64,000 bases of DNA from Promethearchaeota archaeon. GTDB taxonomy: Archaea > Asgardarchaeota > Thorarchaeia > Thorarchaeales > Thorarchaeaceae. This document shows positions 38,291 to 48,230 of the stretch, piece by piece (the first letter of the stretch is position 1; every line of letters starts with the position of its first letter). The position numbers were made by a program, and so were the translations under genes. The notes under the pieces are model-generated. The model made no database searches. It worked only from the letters and a program-made list of their open reading frames with translations, and had not been told where the DNA came from. The DNA lies in assembly GCA_014728035.1 (NCBI GenBank), contig WJMJ01000002.1, forward strand, positions 860 to 64,859, given 5' to 3'.

Positions 38291-41257
38291 TCATAAATCC
38301 TCCTCAATCTGAAATGAAATAACGAATTTTGTACCGATAAGTTTCTCAGGAATATCAAGGGTGCCACTTAGTTGGCTTTCGACCAATTCCTTCACAACAC
38401 GAATTCCTAATGTATCAGTTCCTTCTATATCGAAATCTGATGGTAATCCGAGTCCATTATCTTCAATAATTAGTTCAATAAAGTTACTGTTTCTTTCCTT
38501 GAAAGAAATAGTTATCTTCCCCTCATCTTGTTCAACGAACGCATGCTTCAACGCATTAGATACAAGTTCATTGATAATCAATCCACATGGTACTGCACTG
38601 TCAATATCTAGGTTAATTTGATCAAGGTCGAATTCTGTACTTATTTTGAAAGTACCAATCTCATAAGCATCGAATAGAGCATTAATCAACTCTCTGATAT
38701 AAGATGCCATGTTAACCCTAGAGGGTGTTTGAGACCGATAGAGTACTTCATGAATGAGGGCCATAGTTCTAACTCTACTTTGTCCCTCTAATAGAATATC
38801 TCTGACAAAACCGTCATCGGTTCTTTTTGTCTGGAGATAGAAAAGTCCACCAAGTATTTGTAAATTATTCTTTATTCGATGGTGAAGCTCCCGAAGTAGA
38901 AGTTCTTTCGATTCCATCTCGCGAACCATCATTTGTTCCTGTTTTTTTAGTTTGGTAACATCAAATAGTATTCCTTCAATGTACCTAAAGTTATTCTCTT
39001 TGTCATAAATTGGAAATCCCCTATTAATCACCCATGTTTCAATAGAGTCTTTGTGAACAATTCTATGTTGAATCTCAAAGGATTGCCTCTTTTCAATTGA
39101 TTCTCTGACAACTTCATCCAGGATGACTTCTTCATCAGGATGAATAATGGAAATAGTGGAATCTTTGTTAAGATAGAAATCAATATCAAATCCTGTGATA
39201 TCCTTGATGTTTCCACTCAGAAATTCTAATTTCCATTCAGTTTCATAAGACCAACGATATACCGCACCAGGAAGGTTAGATAATAGAAGTTCATAACTAG
39301 AAGCTAACTCCTCTAGTGATTGCTCTGATTTTTTAAGGCGACTATGTTCATATTCTAATTGATGAAGATAATCCTTTTTTTCTGTAATATTTCTAACAAC
39401 CGCAACTATATTTTCGCCATCCCTAAGTAAAGTTAAATTTGCTGAAAACCAGTATTCATCTCCATTTAGATTTAGATTATACTCAAATTCTACAGGGATG
39501 CCTGAACGACGGACTTGATCAGCGAATTTTATGAATTGTTCTGAGATGTGATCTGGAAGTATCTCGGATATATGCCGGCCTAGAAATTCATCTGGTGGAC
39601 GATATAACAAGTTTTTTTGTGACCCGTAATAATGTACATAATCATTGTCTTCATTGAATACAAATATTAGGTCATAAATAGAATCAATAAGAATTTTGTA
39701 CTCCTCAGTTTGGATTTCCAATTCATTTTTAAGCTTCTCAAATTCTGTGATATCCATTATTGAAAAAGTGACTTCATCTGTTTCAGCACCCTCTATAGTT
39801 GCCATCTTTAGAATAATATCTCTTCTTGAACCATCATTTCTAACAAAAGTTGTCTTTATGGTGCTATTCCCTGTTTCTTCGAGGTTAGTGTAAAGTATTC
39901 TTCCAGCGCGGATGTACTCCTCATCACTACTATAAAGCTTCTTTACATCCATTCCAATAAGTTCATCAACAGAATAACCAACGATGTTTGCTAAAGATTG
40001 GCTTGCAAAAGTCAGCTTCCTATCTAATGCTGTACCGATTCCAATTTGAGAAGCTCGCAAGATGCTTGAATATTTAAGCTGTTGTGCTTCAAGCTGTTGT
40101 TCGGTTGTTATTCTTTCTGTAACATCCTCCTGTATGGAAATTGAATATAGAATTTCGTCATCATCATTTCTAACAGAACTTGCATGAAGTTCAACGAATC
40201 TCTTCTCTCCGTCTTTCGTCAGAATTGGAAGTAATGCACCATCAATTTTGCCCTCTTTTCTCCAAATTTTGAATAATTTCTTAGCTTTGGATTGACTAGA
40301 GGGAGGGTATATTTTCGTAAAGTGTTGCCCAATCAATTCCTCACGAGAATACCCTAAGGCTTTCAAAACAGAATCATTTACATTAATAATGATGCCTTCA
40401 GTAGAAATCATATAACAATAAGTAGGTGCTTTTTCAAAAAAATCTCTATAATGCTTTTCACTTTTTTCAAGCTTTTCTCGGTCTTGGAATTCTTTGGTAA
40501 TATCCTGTGAATAAATATAACCAACTCTCTTACCTTCAGTATTAGTTCTTGAGGAATACACATTTCGGATATAAGCTTTGGAACCATCTCGTTTTTTGAT
40601 CCAGAATTTTATTTCATTCGGCCCAATTCCTTTATGTAACGCCTCTTGGAATTTCAGTAATCTGTCACGTTCTTCTGGAAGAGCTAAGTCGGATCCTGCC
40701 ATTTTCAGTAGCTCATCATGAGAATATCCGGTTATCTCACATATTCTGCCATTTAAAAATACAATTTGATTGTCTTCAATAATCGTAAGACCATCTTTCA
40801 TAGTTTCTACAACAAAACGGAATCTTTCTTCTCTTTCTTCAATTATCTCTTTGGTTTGTTTGGTTTTTCTTTCAAAACTCCGCTTTTGAATAGCAGAGGA
40901 CACAGTTCGAAGAACCTCTTCCATACTAACAGGTTTAATGATATATCCTGTTGCTCCAAGATTCATTGCATGTACTACTGACTCAATACTTGCATACCCT
41001 GTCATCATTATAATGTCAAGATTCGAATCGATTTGAGTTATGCTTCTAAGAACCTCCGTACCATCCATATCAGGTAGACGTAGATCTATCATAGCTAAAT
41101 CAAACTTCTCGTCTTCTATCAATTTTATAGCATCTTTTCCCAGATGGCAGCAACTGCTAATGTATCCCTTAGCTTTGAATATCAGAACCATACTACGGCA
41201 AAGATTTTCATCATCATCGACAATTAGTATTCGATAATTATCTGAACCCAACCTCAA
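38291..41257 (-). CDS. Receiver + multi-PAS (at least five) + HisKA_2 histidine kinase
   Basis: 988 aa. The TTG start forms a TTGA overlap with the upstream stop. REC domain (ILIVDDD, LAMIDLRLPDMDG, IIKP), repeated PAS/PAC segments, ELHHRIKNNLQILGGLF, and HATPase_c. Confidence 0.85.
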   Translation of the reverse strand: MRLGSDNYRILIVDDDENLCRSMVLIFKAKGYISSCCHLGKDAIKLIEDEKFDLAMIDLRLPDMDGTEVLRSITQIDSNLDIIMMTGYASIESVVHAMNLGATGYIIKPVSMEEVLRTVSSAIQKRSFERKTKQTKEIIEEREERFRFVVETMKDGLTIIEDNQIVFLNGRICEITGYSHDELLKMAGSDLALPEERDRLLKFQEALHKGIGPNEIKFWIKKRDGSKAYIRNVYSSRTNTEGKRVGYIYSQDITKEFQDREKLEKSEKHYRDFFEKAPTYCYMISTEGIIINVNDSVLKALGYSREELIGQHFTKIYPPSSQSKAKKLFKIWRKEGKIDGALLPILTKDGEKRFVELHASSVRNDDDEILYSISIQEDVTERITTEQQLEAQQLKYSSILRASQIGIGTALDRKLTFASQSLANIVGYSVDELIGMDVKKLYSSDEEYIRAGRILYTNLEETGNSTIKTTFVRNDGSRRDIILKMATIEGAETDEVTFSIMDITEFEKLKNELEIQTEEYKILIDSIYDLIFVFNEDNDYVHYYGSQKNLLYRPPDEFLGRHISEILPDHISEQFIKFADQVRRSGIPVEFEYNLNLNGDEYWFSANLTLLRDGENIVAVVRNITEKKDYLHQLEYEHSRLKKSEQSLEELASSYELLLSNLPGAVYRWSYETEWKLEFLSGNIKDITGFDIDFYLNKDSTISIIHPDEEVILDEVVRESIEKRQSFEIQHRIVHKDSIETWVINRGFPIYDKENNFRYIEGILFDVTKLKKQEQMMVREMESKELLLRELHHRIKNNLQILGGLFYLQTKRTDDGFVRDILLEGQSRVRTMALIHEVLYRSQTPSRVNMASYIRELINALFDAYEIGTFKISTEFDLDQINLDIDSAVPCGLIINELVSNALKHAFVEQDEGKITISFKERNSNFIELIIEDNGLGLPSDFDIEGTDTLGIRVVKELVESQLSGTLDIPEKLIGTKFVISFQIEEDL

Positions 41258-43941
41258 ACAGCCCCCTTTACTGCAATTCGGATAGTGAAAGTAGTACCAA
41301 TCCCTTCTTGACTGTCGAGTTCAATTGTCCCATTGTTTGCAAATATCAAATTTTTAACAATTGACAAACCAAATCCAATACCATGTGTTTTTGTTGTGAA
41401 AAGTGGTCTGAACACTTTGTCTAGATTTTCCTCAGCAATTCCAATCCCTGTGTCAGCTACAACTATAATTATTTGGTTGTCTTTCTCTTCAAGAGTAATT
41501 GTAAGCTTCCCACCCTCTTTCATTGCTTGGATAGCATTTGTGATTAGATTAATAAATGCAATCTTAATTTGGTGGGGATCTACAAACGTCGAAGGGGTTT
41601 CATCAAGTTGTTTTATAACCTCTACAGTATCTGGAATTTCAACAGTTTCTAAAGACTCAAGAATTATCGATCTCAAATTCACAAACTTGTATTCAGATTT
41701 CTTTGGTCGAGCATAATCCAAAAGTCCCTCAATTATTCTATTACAACTATCAATTTCTTTTTGAATGATATCTATGCTTTCTTTAATGTCAGGATTAGAA
41801 TCATCAAGTATCATATCTAAAAAGAAGGCAGCATTCTTGATAGCACTCAGTGGATTTCTAAGTTCATGTCCAATGCTCCCACTCAGTTCACCAAGAAGTG
41901 CTAATCGTTCCTTTCGAAGAAGTTGTTCCTGTGCATCCTTTAGTTCTTTAGTCCTTTCCCGAATAGTTTTTTCTAGGTCCAAATTAAGTTGAACTTGTGC
42001 TTCTTGCGCTCTTCTTCTTATTATTGCCGCTCCAATCTGAATTCCAAGAGCCTTAATTAACCGATACTCCTCAGTAAGAAAAATATCATCGTATGGAGGG
42101 GTTTCAATGTACGATACTTCTAGCCATCCCAAGATAGTATCGTCAATACCAATTTTAGCTCTTTGCTTGTATTCAGATTCTCGGTGATTGTCACTTGTAT
42201 AGACTTCGCTTTCAATCTCAATTCTCACTGCGGTGATATCAGGAAATTGCCATCCGGATTTAATCACTTTAATTATCTTAGGAATTGCGGTATCAATATC
42301 TAGACTTTCATCACGAATAATTCTAGATGTGTCAAGAAGACATGTCATTTCCTTGACACGTTCTTGTAAGGAGTGCATCAGTATTCTAGATTCTGTAATG
42401 TCTCTTGCAATTACTCCTAATCCATCAGCAACTTTAAAGAACTTTGTAGAGAAGTGCTTCTTCGTTTCTCCAATAGAAAGGATATCTTCTGATAAGAAAA
42501 GCTGATTTTCTTCAATCACGAATCTATATTTCTCAAGTCTTTCGGTATCTGAGTATGGTGAATGCATTTCGGAAATATGTTTTCCAATCAGGTCACTTTG
42601 GTTACAATAGTTTGGAAAAAGTATTGTAGATTGTGCATTTCCAACTAAGACATGAAAGTCAGCACTCAGAATCAGAAAAGCGATAGGGGATGCATTCATG
42701 AATTCGTCAAGTCTTTTTTCGGCATAGAAGCGGGCTTGTTTCTCTAACTCGATGGTACGAATTTGATTGGTAAGGTCTATGAAAGATAATAGAATGCTTT
42801 TTACAGAATTATCCGCTTTAGATATTATTCTTACATTTATAGAAAAAATTCGTTCTCCTATTTCAGGAATGAGTACTTTAATTCGAAAATCGCTATATGA
42901 GCTAGATTTTTCAATGTTATCAGTAAGAACGGATCTTAATGCTGAGTCATCCCATATCCCTTCATTTATTTGGAACAAAGATTGGTTTACATAATCACTA
43001 GTTTCTAAGCTGAATAATTCCGAGTACGCACGGTTAGCTGAAAGCACTCTGAATTCTGGTGAAATCACAATCATTGGTGATTGAACTGTGTTTACAATAC
43101 GTTCAGCACGGATTTTTGAACTCATTAATTGCTGTTGAATCTGTTTTTGTTTAGTTATATCAATCGCAATTTCAAATCTTGCTTTTCTTCCATCAATCCA
43201 AGAGATAATTCTGTCTGTAATCTGAAAGTGGGTATCGAGCTGTTTGTTGTAGTATTCCCAGCGATAAGGAGTACCATCAAGTGCTAGAATTATTTCATTT
43301 GTACAAAATTCACAAGGGGCATCGAATCCTTGAAAGGCTTCATAACACTTCTTACCGTGGATATCATCTTTTAATAGATCTTGGAAAAACTCGTTGACAA
43401 AAAGAATATCATAGGTAAAAGGATCTGATATGTAAATTACTTCATCAATGCTATCAAAAAGAGAGAGTAGCTGATTACGCCCAAATTCCCAACTTGAAAT
43501 CGTTTCATTTTGCTTCTTAGGTATAATGTGGATTAAACTTACTATCTTTTCTTGTTCAGGTAGTTTGAGAGGTGTAAGGGTTATTTTTGCATATACACCA
43601 TCAAAATTCACATTTGAAGAAATAGATTCAGAAGTGGGAGTCTTTAGTTGTTCAGCAGTGACTAAAAGGTCTAATAAAACATAATCGAATTCTGATGGAA
43701 AAAGATCCGTAACACATGTGGGTGATTCAAAGGTATCAATTTTAAAGATTTTTTTAGCAAATTCATTTATTCCAACTACAACAATTTTCTCTAAATTCGC
43801 TTTAGAAATAGGTTTGAATTGCTTCTCAAGTAACCCATTTCTCTTGGGAAAATCGATCACAAATGCAGGAAGTGGTGTATTATCGAGTAAGAATTTCAGA
43901 ATATGCTTCGATTTTTTGAAATCTTCATCATTTCCTTCCAT
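41254..43941 (-). CDS. Multi-PAS + GAF sensor histidine kinase (classical HisKA)
   Basis: 895 aa. One PAS segment has a Cys cluster (KKCYEAFQGFDAPCEFC). GAF-like region, H-box SGSIGHELRNPLSAIKN, and HATPase_c (DTGIGI, GIGFGLSIVKNL). Confidence 0.85.
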   Translation of the reverse strand: MEGNDEDFKKSKHILKFLLDNTPLPAFVIDFPKRNGLLEKQFKPISKANLEKIVVVGINEFAKKIFKIDTFESPTCVTDLFPSEFDYVLLDLLVTAEQLKTPTSESISSNVNFDGVYAKITLTPLKLPEQEKIVSLIHIIPKKQNETISSWEFGRNQLLSLFDSIDEVIYISDPFTYDILFVNEFFQDLLKDDIHGKKCYEAFQGFDAPCEFCTNEIILALDGTPYRWEYYNKQLDTHFQITDRIISWIDGRKARFEIAIDITKQKQIQQQLMSSKIRAERIVNTVQSPMIVISPEFRVLSANRAYSELFSLETSDYVNQSLFQINEGIWDDSALRSVLTDNIEKSSSYSDFRIKVLIPEIGERIFSINVRIISKADNSVKSILLSFIDLTNQIRTIELEKQARFYAEKRLDEFMNASPIAFLILSADFHVLVGNAQSTILFPNYCNQSDLIGKHISEMHSPYSDTERLEKYRFVIEENQLFLSEDILSIGETKKHFSTKFFKVADGLGVIARDITESRILMHSLQERVKEMTCLLDTSRIIRDESLDIDTAIPKIIKVIKSGWQFPDITAVRIEIESEVYTSDNHRESEYKQRAKIGIDDTILGWLEVSYIETPPYDDIFLTEEYRLIKALGIQIGAAIIRRRAQEAQVQLNLDLEKTIRERTKELKDAQEQLLRKERLALLGELSGSIGHELRNPLSAIKNAAFFLDMILDDSNPDIKESIDIIQKEIDSCNRIIEGLLDYARPKKSEYKFVNLRSIILESLETVEIPDTVEVIKQLDETPSTFVDPHQIKIAFINLITNAIQAMKEGGKLTITLEEKDNQIIIVVADTGIGIAEENLDKVFRPLFTTKTHGIGFGLSIVKNLIFANNGTIELDSQEGIGTTFTIRIAVKGAV

Positions 43942-44058
43942 TTTCGATCCCTGCGCATTTCATAAGAAAGAACATCATCAACTGAGCATGTGTTTTGCAA
44001 TATCTGATTACTATTTGTAACCTTATGATAGTTTATAGTACCAATACACAATTTTTCA

Positions 44059-44793
44059 TTACTTTTTTTCACTCATTATCTCATCTATTGTATGGAATAT
44101 TTTTATCATATCGATTGGTTTTTCAAAATAGGTCTTTGCGCTTTCCTTTAAGCTAGATCTAACTAAATCAGAGAATTCATTATAATATCCTGTCAATAAA
44201 ATTATAGCCAAATCATGAAACTTTTTACGAAGGGCAATAAGAGTTTCGAAACCATTCATTTTTGGTAATCTCATATCAATAAATGCAATATCCGTACTGA
44301 AATTTGCTACAGACAAAGCTTCTTCACCAGACTTTGCAACTATAACTTTGTAACCCCGAGAAGTCAGTATTTTTTGGAATGTTTTTCGTATTGATTCATC
44401 ATCATCGACAATAAGAATTTCTCCAGGATTATTCTGTGTGGTGGTTTCGATAATAGTAAATATTTTGTCAAAATCAAGTGGTTTAGTCAATACACCATAG
44501 GCTCCTAATAATCTTGATTCCTTAATAAGATCCTCAACTGCATAAGCAGTCATCATGATAACAGGAAGATCCTCTCGTATTTTCAAAATCTCACGTAAAA
44601 CATCTACTCCATTTATTCCTGGCATCTTAATATCCAAGAACACTGCATCTATCGAATCATTTTCTTTTATAGTGTCAATTGCTTCATATCCACTATCTAC
44701 AAAAATCGCTTGGTGACCTTTCATTTCAAGTATTTTCTTCATTGTTACCCCCAAACTTTCATTATCATCAACAATTAGAATCACCTTTGACAT
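44059..44793 (-). CDS. Tandem-receiver response regulator (REC-REC, no output domain)
   Basis: Two CheY-like domains (VILIVDDNES...VFLDIKMPG...LTKP and ILIVDDDES...AFIDMRLPK...FEKP). Confidence 0.9.
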   Translation of the reverse strand: MSKVILIVDDNESLGVTMKKILEMKGHQAIFVDSGYEAIDTIKENDSIDAVFLDIKMPGINGVDVLREILKIREDLPVIMMTAYAVEDLIKESRLLGAYGVLTKPLDFDKIFTIIETTTQNNPGEILIVDDDESIRKTFQKILTSRGYKVIVAKSGEEALSVANFSTDIAFIDMRLPKMNGFETLIALRKKFHDLAIILLTGYYNEFSDLVRSSLKESAKTYFEKPIDMIKIFHTIDEIMSEKK

Positions 44794-44950
44794 CGTGCAT
44801 GACCTCAGAACATGATAAGTAAGATTTACATAATTTTGTTAATAGTATGTCTAGTATATTATCTTGTAATATTTTTGAAAGATATTAATTCATAAGGGGA
44901 ATCTTTACTTATTTTGAATTCACTAATTACATGTACAGAAGGAATATCTG

Positions 44951-46021
44951 ATGGACTCGAGTAAAGAAGACAAGCTTGATTTGAAAGTAAAAGAATTAGA
45001 AAAAATCTCTCATCAGATGGTCTGCTTAAGAAATATATCTGCAATTCTATCGGAATCTCAAAAAAGCATGCATCAAACACTTAACAACATTGTTCATCTC
45101 ATTCCTGAAGCTTGGCAATTCCCCAGTATAACGTGTGTACGAATCAGTACAGGGGAATTACAAGTAACAAGTGCTAACTTCCAAGAAACCTCATGGAAGT
45201 TAGAATCAAAAATACGAGTCGATGAAGAATATATTGGAACAATTGAAGTATACTATGTGGAAGAAAAATCATCTAAGGATTATGGACCATTCCTTGATGA
45301 AGAAAGGATGCTTCTCGAAACTATCGCAATCGAAATTGGCCGATATATTGAACGAAAGAGAATAGAACGAATTAGAAACAACTATTATCGAGAATTAGAT
45401 CTTTACTCATCTTTTCTAAGGCATGATTTGAAAAATGACGTGGGAGTGATTTTGGGAAATGTAGATTTAGCTAGAATGATATTGGATAACCCCCCTGATA
45501 CTCTTATTGAAACTCTTGAATCTACAGAAGCTGTTTGTACTAGAATGTTGAACCTTCTTGCAATCTTTGGTCGTTCTTCAAAAATCGCTAGTCAAAATAT
45601 TGTTGAAATACTAGAAGAAACAACTAAGATATCACTAAAGACCCACAAAAATATGAACGTGATACTGGACGTTGCCAAAGATGTTTACAAACTAAAAATA
45701 ATCGAGAGCAAGTTGCTACCACTTGTATTCGACAATCTATTAAGAAATGCCGCTGCATATGGGGGGGATAATCCTACGGTTAAAATAGTAATCAAACACA
45801 GAAATAACTTTCTTGAAATTCTCTTCTCGGATGATGGGCCTGGTATTTCTGATGATATACGGGGGAACCTGTTTGAAAAAGGAGTTTCTACTAGTGGCGG
45901 TGGATTGGGCCTATATCTATCAAGACAGGTTCTGAAAGCTCTCGATGGTAGCATCGAGTTGTTAGAACCAGACTCAGATTGTGGAGCAACATTCAAAATT
46001 CTGATTCCAGTTATAATATAA
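44951..46021 (+). CDS. GAF-like sensor histidine kinase
   Basis: N-terminal coiled coil and GAF-like region (same IPEAWQFP / ITCVRI pattern as in 41254..43941), H-box FLRHDLKNDVG, and HATPase_c (DDGPGI, GGGLGLYLSRQVL). Confidence 0.8.
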   Translation: MDSSKEDKLDLKVKELEKISHQMVCLRNISAILSESQKSMHQTLNNIVHLIPEAWQFPSITCVRISTGELQVTSANFQETSWKLESKIRVDEEYIGTIEVYYVEEKSSKDYGPFLDEERMLLETIAIEIGRYIERKRIERIRNNYYRELDLYSSFLRHDLKNDVGVILGNVDLARMILDNPPDTLIETLESTEAVCTRMLNLLAIFGRSSKIASQNIVEILEETTKISLKTHKNMNVILDVAKDVYKLKIIESKLLPLVFDNLLRNAAAYGGDNPTVKIVIKHRNNFLEILFSDDGPGISDDIRGNLFEKGVSTSGGGLGLYLSRQVLKALDGSIELLEPDSDCGATFKILIPVII

Positions 46022-46098
46022 TCAATCGAAAACATAACATTCAGGTTAATACCATTCAGATATTATAGAAATAGAATTCCATCACCTTCATTCGTAGT

Positions 46099-47313
46099 TT
46101 AGATCACTACATCAGTAAGATATTGACTCCATAAATCATGACAATATTCTTTTGCTTTAGAAAGAATCATACTAGCTGAAATGTGACCAACATCATCGCT
46201 TAATTGATCAATAATACTGTTTATGAGATATTCTACTGCCTCATAGATATCATCAAGGTCAGTAGGTGTTATACTGGAATCTAAAACCACCTCTGTTTTT
46301 CTTTGCCCAGTCGAATGTATTCTACTTATCCATGGATGTAATAGGATGCCATTCGCTTCAGCGATAGAGAGGTACTCTGAAGTTTTTTCTTTGCCAAATT
46401 TTCGTGCAGATTCACGGATAACTTTAGCTAATACACATTCATTCACAAATAGTAATCTTCGTTCAATAGAAACTTGCTCAACATAGCCTTTATTGACCAG
46501 TTGACCAATTTCACGCAAACACTCTGTTGAGGGTTCTCTTGGAAGATTCTTCACTATTTCAATAAATGGCGTAGTACCATCGAGAGCTGCAAGAATTCTA
46601 ATGCTTTGAGTAGTCAAACCCAGTGGATTTCCTTTTGCAAAAAGAATACCAGATGATCCATCTGAAAGAAACAAAATGGATTTGGAAGTTGGAATATAAA
46701 TTGGTCTTATACTATTAGACCATATCTCCGATGCGATTAGATTCATAATCTCATCTAAATCCAGATTCATTTGAATAAGTAGGTCTGTAACAGACATCTC
46801 CTTTTCTAAGAGTGTTCTCAGTTTTAATATTTTGAATCGTGTGCTTGGTAAATCATAGTTATCCATGGTAGAAGGATAATCATTCAAAGAAACCAGAGTC
46901 TTATCTGAGAGTCTATCGCTAAGAAAAATTCTTCGGACGTACTTGTCAAATTCTTGAAACACATGTCCTTCATAATAGTCAGATTCTTTTAACATCTCAA
47001 AAGAGTCTTCGAACTCACGCACAATCCTTCTTAGTTTACTACGAGCTTCAGTAGTTTCTCTTGAAACAGCTAAGACTCCAACGCACCAGTCGGACCTCTC
47101 CACGATTAGTGTTGAATCAGACCCGTATACCGTCTTCCAATGACGTTGTTCTTCTCCAGAAACCTCACCCATGAAATTATTCATTGCAGAAATGAAACCC
47201 GAAAGCATTTGTGGATCTTGAACACTTTCAACGAATTCATGGGAATACGGTGCCATTCCAGTTAGAACATTGAAAATGAATAGGATTTTTTCGTTGGAGA
47301 GCTGGTCTATCAT
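46099..47313 (-). CDS. Hypothetical regulator: N-terminal roadblock/longin-like alpha/beta domain plus a putative winged-helix segment
   Basis: 404 aa. N-terminus is ILFIFNVLTGMAPYSHEF...MLSGFISAMNNFMGEV...TLIVERSDWCVGVLAV. The central segment ILAALDGTTPFIEIVKNLPREPSTECLREIGQLVNKGYVEQV looks wHTH-like. Fold calls are inference. Confidence 0.55.
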   Translation of the reverse strand: MIDQLSNEKILFIFNVLTGMAPYSHEFVESVQDPQMLSGFISAMNNFMGEVSGEEQRHWKTVYGSDSTLIVERSDWCVGVLAVSRETTEARSKLRRIVREFEDSFEMLKESDYYEGHVFQEFDKYVRRIFLSDRLSDKTLVSLNDYPSTMDNYDLPSTRFKILKLRTLLEKEMSVTDLLIQMNLDLDEIMNLIASEIWSNSIRPIYIPTSKSILFLSDGSSGILFAKGNPLGLTTQSIRILAALDGTTPFIEIVKNLPREPSTECLREIGQLVNKGYVEQVSIERRLLFVNECVLAKVIRESARKFGKEKTSEYLSIAEANGILLHPWISRIHSTGQRKTEVVLDSSITPTDLDDIYEAVEYLINSIIDQLSDDVGHISASMILSKAKEYCHDLWSQYLTDVVI

Positions 47314-47544
47314 TGATTCTTCCCTGGCCTTCTTCTCTTTTCATTCATTCATTTCAGTTATGAGCTTTGCCAATTTTTGGAGAAAGATAGAGAAATAATA
47401 ATTTCTCAAAATATAGATGAATCATGTTCCACTCAGCAAAATGACTGGATTCTGAATCCCTATGTCGAATACTTCCCCAATACTCCTACCACATGATTGT
47501 AAGATTATAGTTTTGTAATGCTTCAACGTTTATACATAATATAA

Positions 47545-48129
47545 TCATTCATACTCGTATTCTTCATCGTCTTCAAATCCCCAATCGACAATTACCTCAT
47601 TACCAGAGGGTATCATGGCACCAGGTAAACAATATCCAACTGCTCCCATTATAAGACCGATGATATTCATAGACCCACCAACAACAATGTAAAGTCTGGA
47701 ATCACTTATCTGCCTAAGACTAAGGTCAAACCAACCAGCTCCTTCCATATTCATGACAGCAACAGTATGATTCCCATAATTGACATCGAGTACTATTCGA
47801 GATTCATACTTCTCGTAATCGCCACTCGAAACCGAATTTTCAGGGCCTAATGAAAAATTCACCCAATTAGTTTCCATCGTTTCATTATTATACACCAGTA
47901 TATCAATCTGGATATCGGTACTATTTTCAGGTGAAACCGAAACCGCAATCTCTAACTGGGGATAAAATCCACTACGGTCAGAAATATAGAATGGTCCACT
48001 ATCACTGCTGTTAGCTACATAACCAATGTAGTTATACGGAGCTAAGACAACGATTGCGCCCCCAAGCAATATAATGAAGGCTCCTCCGAAATAGCAGAAT
48101 GCTTTCCTCGTAAACCAAGAACTTGCCAT
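47545..48129 (-). CDS. Bitopic membrane protein with an extracytoplasmic beta-rich domain and an acidic tail
   Basis: 194 aa with TM helices near both ends. C-terminus is DWGFEDDEEYEYE. Confidence 0.55.
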   Translation of the reverse strand: MASSWFTRKAFCYFGGAFIILLGGAIVVLAPYNYIGYVANSSDSGPFYISDRSGFYPQLEIAVSVSPENSTDIQIDILVYNNETMETNWVNFSLGPENSVSSGDYEKYESRIVLDVNYGNHTVAVMNMEGAGWFDLSLRQISDSRLYIVVGGSMNIIGLIMGAVGYCLPGAMIPSGNEVIVDWGFEDDEEYEYE

Positions 48130-48230
48130 TTTCTATCCCGTTGTTAAATAACCTGAAACCAATATAGATGTAACGAATGAAGTATTTTCAATTTCTGTGT
48201 GCTTTATATGAGCTGACACCATAACAAGGT

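Noticed and set aside
38290-38367. N-terminal extensions of maximal ORFs that overlap upstream genes (38290..38367, also 34283..34306, 30173..30259, 63003..63074, 11714..11746).
   Set aside because: In each case an internal ATG with an SD-like site sits right after the upstream stop codon and coincides with the start of the recognisable domain.
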